Source: a virus
Lineage: Duplodnaviria > Caudoviricetes
Direction: 5' to 3' (one strand)
Virus record (IMG/VR): IMGVR_UViG_3300020591_000140
Location: 1-39,588 of that record
Length of the DNA stretch: 39,588 nt
Part shown: in pieces, positions 24,407 through 33,273 of the stretch
Layout: each line of letters begins with the position of its first letter
Numbering within the stretch: position 1 is the first letter of the stretch
Translations under genes and position numbers: made by a program
The notes under the pieces: generated by a model
Databases searched by the model: none
What the model was told of the DNA's origin: nothing
What the model saw: the letters and a program-made list of their open reading frames with translations, nothing else

Positions 24407-25438
24407 TCAATCGGCCCGCCTTCGGCCCGGCTTACGGAAGTTGTTCTTGTTGCCGGCCCAAGTGTCCCACAGAGCAGACGGGTTTAGAAGGCGCTTCTGC
24501 ACTTCATTCCATGTAGTCGGTTTATGACCATCGGATTGAAGTTTGGTTTCGATGTAGTCGACGTAGTCGGCACTCATGTCGACGCCCACGACATTGCGGT
24601 CGTGCGCCAGCGCAGTAAAGATTGTAGTGCCGGACCCTACGAATGGGTCTAAGACGTGACCGCCGACGGGGCTGCCCACCTCGATGCATCGGCGCACTAG
24701 TTCCGACGGATATGCGGCATTGTGGCCAGCCTCGCGGGTACGGAGCGAGCGCTCGATCGGGATGTTCCAGACGTCCTCCTCAACCAGCTTGGAGCGGTCG
24801 AAGGAATAGAAACGGGTCTTGGAGAACATGAAGACGTGTTCGTACTGGCGGTGCGGCCGATCGCGAGCGGTGGGCTCGACGAAGGCGTTGACGCGGTTCC
24901 AAATGATGTCGGAGCGTAGCGTCCATCCGCGCTGCTGCATCGCGAACGCGACCTTCCAAGGCACGCCGATCATTGATTTTTTTGGGATGTCCCAACCGGA
25001 CTGATCGACCGGCCGCAGCTTCTTCCGAGCGAAATTCCGCGACGAAGACCTGGGGTCGCTGCCGTGAGGCTGGCCGTTGCCGGAATAGTAGGTGTCGCCG
25101 ATGTTGAGGAAGAACACGCCCTCGGGGTGGAGTGTGCGCTTCACCTCGTCAAACACCTTCATGAGCGCTTGGATATAGGCGTCGACGCTTTCCTCGTGGC
25201 CGACCTGCCCATCGTAGCCATAGTCGCGCACCCAGTAGTAAGGCGGCGAGGTGACGGCGACATTGAAAATCTCGTCGGGCAGCTGCTTCAGCATCGTTGC
25301 ACTGTCGCCCAGCATGACACCTGCGATCTTGCTGTCGGCCGTAATCCAGCTAGATCGACCAAGGTGGATTGATGATGAGGAAGGCTCGACGCTCTCGGCT
25401 GCACGATCCTTGCCCCGGCGAGCCAATTTTGTCGTCAT
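24407..25438 (-). CDS. Beta-class N4-cytosine (or N6-adenine) DNA methyltransferase
   Basis: VTSPPYY catalytic motif precedes VLDPFVGSGTT SAM motif; LNIGDTY, GWTLRSDIIW, H.A.YP. Confidence 0.92.
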   Translation of the reverse strand: MTTKLARRGKDRAAESVEPSSSSIHLGRSSWITADSKIAGVMLGDSATMLKQLPDEIFNVAVTSPPYYWVRDYGYDGQVGHEESVDAYIQALMKVFDEVKRTLHPEGVFFLNIGDTYYSGNGQPHGSDPRSSSRNFARKKLRPVDQSGWDIPKKSMIGVPWKVAFAMQQRGWTLRSDIIWNRVNAFVEPTARDRPHRQYEHVFMFSKTRFYSFDRSKLVEEDVWNIPIERSLRTREAGHNAAYPSELVRRCIEVGSPVGGHVLDPFVGSGTTIFTALAHDRNVVGVDMSADYVDYIETKLQSDGHKPTTWNEVQKRLLNPSALWDTWAGNKNNFRKPGRRRAD

Positions 25439-25720
25439 ATCATTGCTCCAGAAGACGGCCGGTGCGCCGACGATAGCGACTCAGGGACGCAAAAACGACG
25501 GTTTTCTCTTATATCATGCCATCTCGTTAACATGAATCTACAGTGAACAAAATTGGGCGAGAGCGGCGTATGGGACCATGGCGGGCTCGGCGGTCACCTA
25601 CGTTGAGGAACCGCTGTCGCAAGACCGAGGAGTGTCCACGCGCACCGCACTGAGCACCGGCGGTCCAGACTACTTAAGCTGAGCGCTGAAGAAGACTAAG
25701 CGCCGGCCGCCAGGAACGTC

Positions 25721-25843
25721 TCAGCGGCCGTAAGCGACAAAAAGAAAGACCGCCACGAGGACGACGACGACCCAGCCGAGCCAGTCATAGGGCCAGCGCG
25801 GCGGGTCTCCGTAGTCGGGAGATTTTTCGTAGCCCGAGGGCAT
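25721..25843 (-). CDS. 40-aa single-TM peptide
   Basis: MPSGYEKSPDYGDPPRWPYDWLGWVVVVLVAVFLFVAYGR with GAAAGG RBS. Confidence 0.55.
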   Translation of the reverse strand: MPSGYEKSPDYGDPPRWPYDWLGWVVVVLVAVFLFVAYGR

Positions 25844-26046
25844 GGGGTGGCCTTTCAAGAAGTGCCCCGGCGCGGTGGACGCGCTGGGGCCTAGCCTACT
25901 CAGTTCCACCTGATTACGCACCCGACGCCAATGTGACGGCCGATGCGCATCATGAACGTGATCATAGTATTTCGCCTTTCGAAGATACGCGCACTGGCGC
26001 CATTGTAAGGCAGTCTGAGCGCTGGAAACCCGTAGATGGAGACGAC

Positions 26047-26077
26047 AAACCCGGCGCTGGGAGCACCAGCACCGGGT
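26047..26077 (-). terminator. Probable intrinsic terminator after the membrane-HTH gene
   Basis: Minus strand ACCCGGTGCTGG-TGCTC-CCAGCGCCGGGT-TTGT hairpin. Confidence 0.5.
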
Positions 26078-26106
26078 CAGCGATTCGGGATTCCGAGCGG
26101 ATCGGC

Positions 26107-27216
26107 CTAAGCGGTCTCGAGCGCCTTGCAGCGCCCGCGCACCGTTCGCGCCGGGATGAGACCGTCCGCTTCCCAGCCGCGAATCCAGTCCGACACCCGC
26201 TGCTTGCGCCGGCCGGACAGATCGGCGAGCGCCTGCTGGGATGGGACCGTCCGGCCGAGAGCGAGCTGCGTCAGCACGTGCTCTAATACCTCCTGCTTGG
26301 ACAGTCCGCCCGACTTAGGCGGACCGTCCGGCTTCCGGCGGACCGTCCGGGTGCCGCCGCCGCGCGGAGCGTCCGTTTTCTTGGCGGCGCTGGGGTGGGT
26401 CTCAGGTGCCGCACCGTCCGCCATCGTGAACCGCTGGCGCAGGGCGGATAGGTCGGCATCAGAAACCTCCGCCAGGGTCGTTGGCGGCGGGAGGATCACA
26501 GGACGGTCCGGCAGTGCCTTGGTTTCGATGGGCGTCCGCTGCATCGGCCGGAAGGCATAGTGCAGGCTCATCGTGAAGCCGAACTCGAACAGGATGGTGA
26601 TGAAGTAGGGCATCACCAGCATGCTGAGGGCCTTCGCCTTCTGACCATTGCGACCGAGGGCGTTGGCGAGGTTGCCGAGCGCCTCCGCAGAGGGATCGGC
26701 CGGCTTCACCTTGAGCACGTCGAGCTGCGCCTGCAGCCCGTCGATGCTGTCGCTCCAGAACTTCACTACGACGCGAGCCCCTCGGCACTTGGGGCCTTCT
26801 CCGGACTTGCACTCGGCGTCGGCCTCTTTCTGGCGCTGGGCGAGTGTCGCTTCGGCGTCAGCCTTTTTCTTCGACAGTTCACCGCGCTTTTCGACGGCCT
26901 TGTCGTGGTCGTCGGCGGAGAGCATCTGACCTTCGGTCTGCCGCCCGAGCGAGTTCCAGACGATGACGCCAGAACCGGCGAGGGCGAGGATGAGAAAGCC
27001 GAACCCGGCAATGATGTGCAACTTCTTGGCGGCGGACGTGCAGACCATCCACGCCACAGTGGTGGCGATGACGATGGTGACGGTCTGGAAGTGCTTCTGC
27101 GTAAACGCGGCATCGCCGAAGATGACGTCGCCGAACAGGAGAGACGTGCCGCCGGCGCCTAGTGCCGCTGCGCACACGATTGCGGCCAGGCGGCCGCCTA
27201 TGTTATCGATGGACAT
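26107..27216 (-). CDS. Multi-TM coiled-coil protein with C-terminal HTH
   Basis: Three N-terminal TMs, coiled coil with ECKSGEGPKCR turn, a fourth TM, linker, PSQQALADLSGRRKQRVSDWIRGWE HTH; GGAAGGA RBS. Confidence 0.8.
   Translation of the reverse strand: MSIDNIGGRLAAIVCAAALGAGGTSLLFGDVIFGDAAFTQKHFQTVTIVIATTVAWMVCTSAAKKLHIIAGFGFLILALAGSGVIVWNSLGRQTEGQMLSADDHDKAVEKRGELSKKKADAEATLAQRQKEADAECKSGEGPKCRGARVVVKFWSDSIDGLQAQLDVLKVKPADPSAEALGNLANALGRNGQKAKALSMLVMPYFITILFEFGFTMSLHYAFRPMQRTPIETKALPDRPVILPPPTTLAEVSDADLSALRQRFTMADGAAPETHPSAAKKTDAPRGGGTRTVRRKPDGPPKSGGLSKQEVLEHVLTQLALGRTVPSQQALADLSGRRKQRVSDWIRGWEADGLIPARTVRGRCKALETA
26159..26510. repeat. Cluster of GGACNGTCC(G) palindromic motifs
   Basis: Perfect copies at 26244, 26299, 26321, 26340, 26501; one-mismatch copies at 26159, 26366, 26411. 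Confidence 0.88.
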
Positions 27217-27252
27217 AGCAATGTTCCTTCCAAAGGGTTCGTTGCGGTTCAG

Positions 27253-27286
27253 AGCCCGGGGGCGTTCCAGCGCCTTCCGGGCTTTT
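27253..27286 (+). terminator. GC hairpin with T-tract (plus-strand terminator or leader structure of the minus-strand gene)
   Basis: AGCCCGGGGGCG-TTCCAG-CGCCTTCCGGGCT-TTT. Confidence 0.5.
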
Positions 27287-27410
27287 GCGTGTGGTATTGC
27301 ATGCAGTCTCAATATATACCAATGGGATACGAAACTAAGCTAAGAGAATACATTATCCAATCAACTTTTCGTGATTTTACGGGGTTGATTGGGATACATA
27401 ACGGTGGGGC

Positions 27411-27611
27411 ATGAGAGAGAAAGGCAAGCGAGGCAAGATTGGGCGCCCCCGGCTGGCCGATCAGCCGATGCGGCAGATCGCAATTCGCTTGCCCGAAGAG
27501 ATACTGCAGGCCCTCGACGAAATTATTGATGAGCGGCATGGGCAGGCGGATCGCACAGCGGTCATTCGAGAATTGCTGATGGATGCGATTGCGCGCAGGG
27601 GGCGGCGATGA
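27411..27611 (+). CDS. Ribbon-helix-helix (CopG-like) regulator
   Basis: GRPRL...QIAIRLPEEILQALDE...DRTAVIRELL. Confidence 0.85.
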   Translation: MREKGKRGKIGRPRLADQPMRQIAIRLPEEILQALDEIIDERHGQADRTAVIRELLMDAIARRGRR

Positions 27612-27868
27612 GGTGTTTTCAGAACCCAGCGACCGGCAGGGTCGAGATTGGTTCGACACCGTTCTCCTGGCTGTGGTGTCTGCTCTTCGGACCGTTCTAT
27701 TTCGCCTACAAAGGCGTCTGGCAGCACGCGCTGTTCTGGCTGATCTTCACGCCGCTCACCGGCGGCTTGGCATGGCTTATCTATCCGTTTTTCGCCGGCC
27801 GGTTCGTCCGGCAATGGTACGACCATGCAGGGTGGATTGAAACGACAGCCGACGGCCCGCGCGTCTAG
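27608..27868 (+). CDS. DUF2628-like small membrane protein
   Basis: FSWLWCLLFGPFYFAYKGVW...Y...GW. Confidence 0.75.
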   Translation: MRCFQNPATGRVEIGSTPFSWLWCLLFGPFYFAYKGVWQHALFWLIFTPLTGGLAWLIYPFFAGRFVRQWYDHAGWIETTADGPRV

Positions 27869-27893
27869 CGCCCGTCGATGGGGGGGATTGCAG

Positions 27894-28184
27894 ATGGAGA
27901 TTTTTCTATGGTGCGCCGGAGCCCTTTGGGTACTGCTTGGCGCTGGGTGGCTGTCGATCGCAAAAAGCGCTTTTCATGAAATAGGTGCCTGTCTGTGCTT
28001 CTCGTTCGGGGTGTCGTTCTGGGCCTGGGCCGCGATACTCGGGCGCCTGCGCGTGTGGCACCGGGAGTGGAGAGCGGCACAACGGCCGGCCAGCGCAGCT
28101 CCGAGCGGCGCGGGAACGCCGATCGACCAAGCGATCCATGGCGTGCGCGCTGGAGGCGCGATGATGTGGGAAGATGGCCGCTGA
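27894..28184 (+). CDS. Small 2-TM membrane protein
   Basis: Two hydrophobic segments around KSAFHEI; G-rich RBS. Confidence 0.65.
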   Translation: MEIFLWCAGALWVLLGAGWLSIAKSAFHEIGACLCFSFGVSFWAWAAILGRLRVWHREWRAAQRPASAAPSGAGTPIDQAIHGVRAGGAMMWEDGR

Positions 28185-28201
28185 CGTCCTGAGGAGAACT
28201 C

Positions 28202-28684
28202 ATGATCTGGTGGATCATCGGCGGACTGATCGCGCTCGGTCTGCTCGACAGGCTGATACGCAAACGTCCTTGGGTGGGGCTCGGGGTGTTCTCCGTCGCA
28301 GCGTTGGGCTTCGTCGGGCTGGTGGTCGTCGCCTCTCAGGCGCCGCACCGGCCCTCGGTTCGGACTGGTTCACTCGGGCAACCAATGGCCGCCAAGCCCG
28401 CACGAACGACGCCATCCGCCATCTGGCAGGCCAAGACCAATACGCTGGCCTGTGGCTCCCTCAAGAGCATCCAGGCGGTGCAGTTCCTCGACGCGCTCGG
28501 CCGCAGCCAAGGTGTGCGTAACCCGGCCTCCGACGCCTCCTCGCAGACCGACTGCATGCACCTGCGGCGGGGCACCAAGCTGGGCATTTATCAGGTGGCG
28601 TTTGCGGAAGGTATTGCATCGGTGCACGTGCCAGGCGCCGGTGTCCGCTACATGCTCGCCTCAGATATCGAGGTAGGGAAGTGA
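28202..28684 (+). CDS. Membrane-anchored exported protein with a Cys pair
   Basis: GAGGAG RBS; two N-terminal TMs; LAC...DC. Confidence 0.7.
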   Translation: MIWWIIGGLIALGLLDRLIRKRPWVGLGVFSVAALGFVGLVVVASQAPHRPSVRTGSLGQPMAAKPARTTPSAIWQAKTNTLACGSLKSIQAVQFLDALGRSQGVRNPASDASSQTDCMHLRRGTKLGIYQVAFAEGIASVHVPGAGVRYMLASDIEVGK

Positions 28685-28958
28685 TCGTGGCCAAGAATAG
28701 ATTGGAGCAGCAATGACGTCGGTGAAGATGCAGCTTGTGGAGTTTGACAGCCAATGACCAGGCTCGCCGATTTTGCACGTGCGCTGGGTTGCGAAGTGCC
28801 TACCTGGCAGGAGCGGATCATGGACAAGATCGAGAAGGCTCCGCGCCGGCCGATTTTCTACCCTCCCAAGAAACGCTCGCGACTGTGGCCGAAAAGCGCT
28901 AGCGAATCCGACTCCGGAAACGTAGAAAGCAAATACAGTCGCGAGACGATTGGACAGA

Positions 28959-28989
28959 CCCGGACGGCGCAAGCCGCTCCGGGTTTTTT
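28959..28989 (+). terminator. Intrinsic terminator upstream of the late genes (tR'-like)
   Basis: CCCGGA-CGGC-GCAA-GCCG-C-TCCGGG followed by TTTTTT. Confidence 0.85.
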
Positions 28990-29236
28990 GTTATCCCAAG
29001 CGCCCCACCGGCGCCGCTGTGAGAGAACACGGCGGCAGGCATCTAACCGAGCGGATCAGGCGGCCAGCCGTGGGCGGTCACGGCAGATGGTGAGGCGCGC
29101 CCCGTCGCGCTTCACCACATCATAAACCTGAGAGCGCAGATCCGAACCGGTCGCCGCGTCCCGTTATGTGGGGCGGCCGGTGGCGGCGTGCTGAGCAGAT
29201 GCTTGAGAGGAAGCCAGGATGGACGAAGAAGCGCAG

Positions 29237-29656
29237 ATGATCGCTCGCGTTTTTAAGTGGGGCGTTGGCATCGTTCTTTTGAGCACAGCGGCTCTGATGG
29301 CCGGCTGCCCGCACTACAATGTGTGGCAGCAGGAACTCAGCGGCCGGGCTGAGTTTGCTCGTGCCGAGCAGAACCGGCGCATCAAGGTCGAGGAGGCGAA
29401 GGCTGGGCTGGAAGCTGCAAAGCTGAACGCAGATGCAGAAGTTGAGCGCGCTAAGGGTGCTGCAAAAGCCAACAAAGAACTGATTGATGGGCTCGGCGGG
29501 GCAGAGAACTATCTGCGCTGGCGTTACATCATGATGCTCGAAAATAACGACGCCAAGGGCGTGCAGCGTGAAGTGATCTATACGCCCGCTGGTGGCATGT
29601 TCCCCATCACCGAGGCTGGGAGGGCCGTTACGCCAGCAAAGGCAAAGGCTGATTAG
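29237..29656 (+). CDS. Phage SPFH/prohibitin-like coiled-coil membrane protein
   Basis: Signal/TM ending LMAGC; PHYNVWQQ..GRAEFARAEQNRRI; EVERAKGAAKAN; YLRWRYI. Confidence 0.8.
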   Translation: MIARVFKWGVGIVLLSTAALMAGCPHYNVWQQELSGRAEFARAEQNRRIKVEEAKAGLEAAKLNADAEVERAKGAAKANKELIDGLGGAENYLRWRYIMMLENNDAKGVQREVIYTPAGGMFPITEAGRAVTPAKAKAD

Positions 29657-29784
29657 CAGCGCACCGATTGCATACATCGCCGACCTGATCGAGCAGTTGC
29701 GTCGCATGGCGGAGCGCGGCGGTCATCGGCGGTTGGCGACGATCCTGCAGATGGCGTACGCCGAGGCGAAAAGACAGCATCACG

Positions 29785-30186
29785 ATGACTAAGGCGGCCC
29801 CCAGCTATCGGCGTCCGCACAGCCCTGCGCCGATGATGCGGCCGCGCGACGGTAACGGTCGTGAGCTGCAGCGGGATGGACGTAAGAGTGCAGCGGATCG
29901 TGGTTATGGCTGGCGTTGGCAGCAGACGCGGGCTGGGTTTGTGGCCAAGCATCCGCTGTGTGTGTGCTGCGCAGCCAACGGACGGACGAGCGCGACTGAC
30001 GTGGTCGACCATATCGTGCCGCACCGTGGAGATATGGCGTTGTTCTGGAAGCGCGATAACTGGCAGGCGCTCTGCAACTGGTGCCACGAGCACGTGAAGA
30101 AGGTGCTCGAGGCGCGGTGGGATGAAGGCCGGATCGGCGAGGCTGAGCTGCGTCTCGACCGCGAGCTGACGGAGTTCTTCGGCTAG
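29785..30186 (+). CDS. Terminase-associated HNH endonuclease
   Basis: RGYGWRW...HPLCVCC...VDHIVPHRGD..LFW...NWQALCNWCH, just upstream of terS. Confidence 0.93.
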   Translation: MTKAAPSYRRPHSPAPMMRPRDGNGRELQRDGRKSAADRGYGWRWQQTRAGFVAKHPLCVCCAANGRTSATDVVDHIVPHRGDMALFWKRDNWQALCNWCHEHVKKVLEARWDEGRIGEAELRLDRELTEFFG

Positions 30187-30290
30187 GGGGAGGGGGGGCG
30201 TTGTTTTTTATAGCGCCATTCGCGCCCAGACCGCGCGTTTCCGACAAAAATTCTGGGCGCAGGTTTTCCGGGCGCAAATTTTTGTTGGTG
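30187..30290. other. Probable cos/packaging region
   Basis: Between HNH and terS; G-run, IR CCGACAAAAATT/AATTTTTGTTGG (30241-30288) enclosing TTCYGGGCGCA twice; exact cut site not determinable. Confidence 0.55.
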
Positions 30291-30329
30291 GAATCCAAAC
30301 GTGAACATAGGTGAGTGAGGCGGTGCGCG

Positions 30330-30914
30330 ATGGGCAGGCGGGGGCCTAAGCCAAAGTCGCCAGAAATCGAGGCAGCACAAGGGTTTCCGAGCCGTCGCAA
30401 GGGCAAGACGAAGGCTCAGCTTGAGGCGCCTGCCGAGCCCGCGGCGACATGCAACACGAACGGCGCAGATTCACGCAACGTTCCGGAGCCGCCGATATGG
30501 CTGAACAGCAAGCGAGCCCGCGAGATCTGGCGCGAAAAATTCGCCGATCCTGCGACGCGCATCTGGTTCAAAAACTCCGATCACGCGTTCATCGCCCGCT
30601 ACTGTCAGCGCCGCGCCGAGTACGAGCGCTTCGTGAAGCGTAAGCCGCTGCCGACCTACGAAACCTTCGGCGCCAGTGGGCGGATCATTCGCAAGAACCC
30701 GGAGTGGGTCATGATGCAGGATCTGCACCGCGACCTGCGGGCTGACGAGCAACTTCTGGCCGGCAATCCGGTGGCGCGCGTCGAGATGGAGAAGCGCACC
30801 GTGGGCGCCGGAAAAAACAACCAGCCCGGCGGCGAGCCCGACAAACCCGGCAACGGGCGTCCGCATGGCCCGCTCGGTGTGCTGAAAGCAGCATCCACCG
30901 CACGGCCGAATTGA
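30330..30914 (+). CDS. terS: Terminase small subunit (P27-like)
   Basis: MGRRGPKPK...PEPPIWLN..AREIW...YC...KNP...P.AR. Confidence 0.88.
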   Translation: MGRRGPKPKSPEIEAAQGFPSRRKGKTKAQLEAPAEPAATCNTNGADSRNVPEPPIWLNSKRAREIWREKFADPATRIWFKNSDHAFIARYCQRRAEYERFVKRKPLPTYETFGASGRIIRKNPEWVMMQDLHRDLRADEQLLAGNPVARVEMEKRTVGAGKNNQPGGEPDKPGNGRPHGPLGVLKAASTARPN

Positions 30915-30936
30915 GGGGCGCGCCCCGTGCTTACCG

Positions 30937-32676
30937 ATGACAACCGACGCGCATTCGGAAGGGCTCGACAAACCGCGCCAGCCCGACCCCATGCGCAAGC
31001 TCGCACCCGGCGAGCCGCGCTACCATTCGCTTTGGAAGCCTAAACCGGACGGCGCCTATTTCGACGAGGCGACGGCGCAGGCCGCCGTCGACTTCTTCCC
31101 GCGTTATTGCCGCTTAACGGCCGACCCATGGGCCGGCCAGCCGTTCACGCTCGCAGCTTGGCAGGCCGACTGGATCATCCGGCCGGCCTTCGGCTGGAAG
31201 CGTAAGGACGGCACGCGCCTCTATCGCCGCGTCATCATCTGGATGCCGCGTAAGAACGGCAAGACCGAGCTGATGGCGGGTGTTTCGCACCTGTGCCTGC
31301 TCGGCGATGCGGTCAAGGGCGCCGAACTCTACTCGATCGCCGCCTCCGGCAACCAGGCCGAGATCGTCTTCAACGCGGCCAAGATGATGGTCGCCTACTC
31401 CGAAGACCTCGCGGAGCAATACGAGGTGTTCGAAGGCTCGCTGTTCGCGCGGGCGACGTTGTCGAAGTTCGAGCCGCTGACCGGCAAGCCGCACGGCAAG
31501 CACGGCCTGAAGACCTGCTACCTCATCGGTGACGAGGTGCACGAATGGACATCCGACCGGCTCTATACGTTCGTGCGCCAAGCTATGGCATCGCGCACCG
31601 AGCCGATGGAATGGCTCATCTCATCGGCCGGTGTGGAGGACGGCTACGGCATATCGCTGTGGGACGAGTCCCTCGGCATCTGCGAGGACACGTTCGACGA
31701 CCCGGAAACGCTGGTGCTCATCTGGTGCGCACCACAGGATCCGAAGGTCGAGGTCGATATCACCGACCCGGCGGTGCAGGCAGAGGCAAACCCCGGCATG
31801 CCGGTGTCGCCGCGCCCCGATTACATGCACAAGGCGTCGCGCGAGGCCAAGCAGTCGCCGAGGAAAGAGAACGACTTCAAGTGCTACCACCTTGGCATCT
31901 GGGTCAACAGCGCCGAGCGCTGGTTCCAGATGTCGAAGTGGAACGCGAACGCGCTGCCGTCGCGCGATCCAGCCATTCCGCGATGGCAGGAATTGGAGGA
32001 GGAGCTCGCCGGCCGCGAATGCTGGGGCGGTCTCGACCTCGCCAACACGCAGGACTTCAACGCGCTCACCTGGTGGTTCCCGCCGCTGACGCCGGAGGAG
32101 CGCTGGAAGGTGCTGTGCCGCTTCTGGTATCCACGCGTGCCCATGCTGGCCACGGCTGAGAAATCGCGCGTGCCGCTCCTGTCCTGGGAAAAGTTGGGCG
32201 CCTTCACGGCGACGCCGGGCGAAGCCGCAGATCATGACTGGATCATGGAGCAGGTGCACGCCGACTGCTCGACGTTCAAGGTGCTGGGTCTCGGCATCGA
32301 TATTTTCAACGCGCACTCAGTGCTGACCAAGCTGCACAATGACGGTGTGCCCGTGGAGAGCGTGCGCTTCGGCATGCTCTCGATGTCCGGACCGGCCAAG
32401 GATCTGGAACGCACTGTGCTGAAGGAGCGGATCGACCACGGTGGCCACCCGGTGCTGAAGTGGATGGCCGGCAATACCGCGATCCGCCGGGACAAGAACG
32501 GCAACTACATGCCGTGCAAGGAATCATCGGCGGGCAAGATCGACGGCATCGCTGCGCTCAACATAGCCGTTGCACTTGGCGGCGCCGAGTCGCCCCCTGA
32601 ATCGTACCTGACTTCGAGCCCTATCCTTTTCGTCGGCGGGCGCGATCAGCGCCAGCAGGCCAGCGCAAGGCAGTAG
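30937..32676 (+). CDS. terL: Terminase large subunit
   Basis: WQ motif, PRKNGKT Walker A, LIGDEVHE Walker B, GLDLA, KIDGIAA. Confidence 0.97.
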   Translation: MTTDAHSEGLDKPRQPDPMRKLAPGEPRYHSLWKPKPDGAYFDEATAQAAVDFFPRYCRLTADPWAGQPFTLAAWQADWIIRPAFGWKRKDGTRLYRRVIIWMPRKNGKTELMAGVSHLCLLGDAVKGAELYSIAASGNQAEIVFNAAKMMVAYSEDLAEQYEVFEGSLFARATLSKFEPLTGKPHGKHGLKTCYLIGDEVHEWTSDRLYTFVRQAMASRTEPMEWLISSAGVEDGYGISLWDESLGICEDTFDDPETLVLIWCAPQDPKVEVDITDPAVQAEANPGMPVSPRPDYMHKASREAKQSPRKENDFKCYHLGIWVNSAERWFQMSKWNANALPSRDPAIPRWQELEEELAGRECWGGLDLANTQDFNALTWWFPPLTPEERWKVLCRFWYPRVPMLATAEKSRVPLLSWEKLGAFTATPGEAADHDWIMEQVHADCSTFKVLGLGIDIFNAHSVLTKLHNDGVPVESVRFGMLSMSGPAKDLERTVLKERIDHGGHPVLKWMAGNTAIRRDKNGNYMPCKESSAGKIDGIAALNIAVALGGAESPPESYLTSSPILFVGGRDQRQQASARQ

Positions 32677-32686
32677 TAGGAAATCG

Positions 32687-33271
32687 ATGCTCGACGAGAT
32701 CACGGAAGAGGCGCTGCTCGACGCCGAGCCGGCGCAGCGCATCGTCATGCTGTTTGCCGACGCTGAGACACAGGCGTGGCTCGAGGAGTGGGCAACCGCG
32801 CATGGCTTCGACCTGTCGCGTAGCCACGGCGGGAGCATATTGGAGCCCGGCGAGTTCGATTTTCACTGCACGCTCTTCGCCACCGCGAATGAGATCGAAC
32901 TGCCTGTCGGCGAGTGGAGCATCGACCCGGTGACGCTCTATGCCACCGGCCTCGATGTACTGGGCAAAGACGCTGACACGCCCGTGCTGCTGGTGGACGC
33001 CGGCGCGGACCTCATCGAGGACCGCGACAATATCCTAGAGGAGACAGGCGGCGACCCGACATTCGACGAATGGCTGCCTCACGTTTCGCTTTCCTATGCG
33101 TGGGACGGAAGTCCGCCGCTCGCTGAAATAGAGCCGCCGGATTTTCCGCTGTCGTTCGATTGCGTCGTTGTGCGTGAGTTTGCAACCGAGCAGAAGGGTT
33201 CAATATCGATGCACAGACGCACGATCGGGGCGGCCGCGCGCCTTCGGCGCAGTCTTCGTATGGCCTCCTGA
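32687..33271 (+). CDS. 2H phosphoesterase, Acb1/T4 gp57B-like
   Basis: Two HxT/S motifs, FHCTLF and PHVSLSY, preceded by PTFDEWL; acidic body and Arg-rich tail. Confidence 0.8.
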   Translation: MLDEITEEALLDAEPAQRIVMLFADAETQAWLEEWATAHGFDLSRSHGGSILEPGEFDFHCTLFATANEIELPVGEWSIDPVTLYATGLDVLGKDADTPVLLVDAGADLIEDRDNILEETGGDPTFDEWLPHVSLSYAWDGSPPLAEIEPPDFPLSFDCVVVREFATEQKGSISMHRRTIGAAARLRRSLRMAS

Positions 33272-33273
33272 CC

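Noticed and set aside
28754-29125. 123-aa ORF before the late operon
   Set aside because: Runs through a strong terminator and structured region; only the first ~45 codons look protein-like
29592-29792. Small helical ORF between the SPFH-like and HNH genes
   Set aside because: Plausible peptide (IAYIADLIEQLRRMA...) but the only upstream ATG is deep in the previous gene and no clean start is visible
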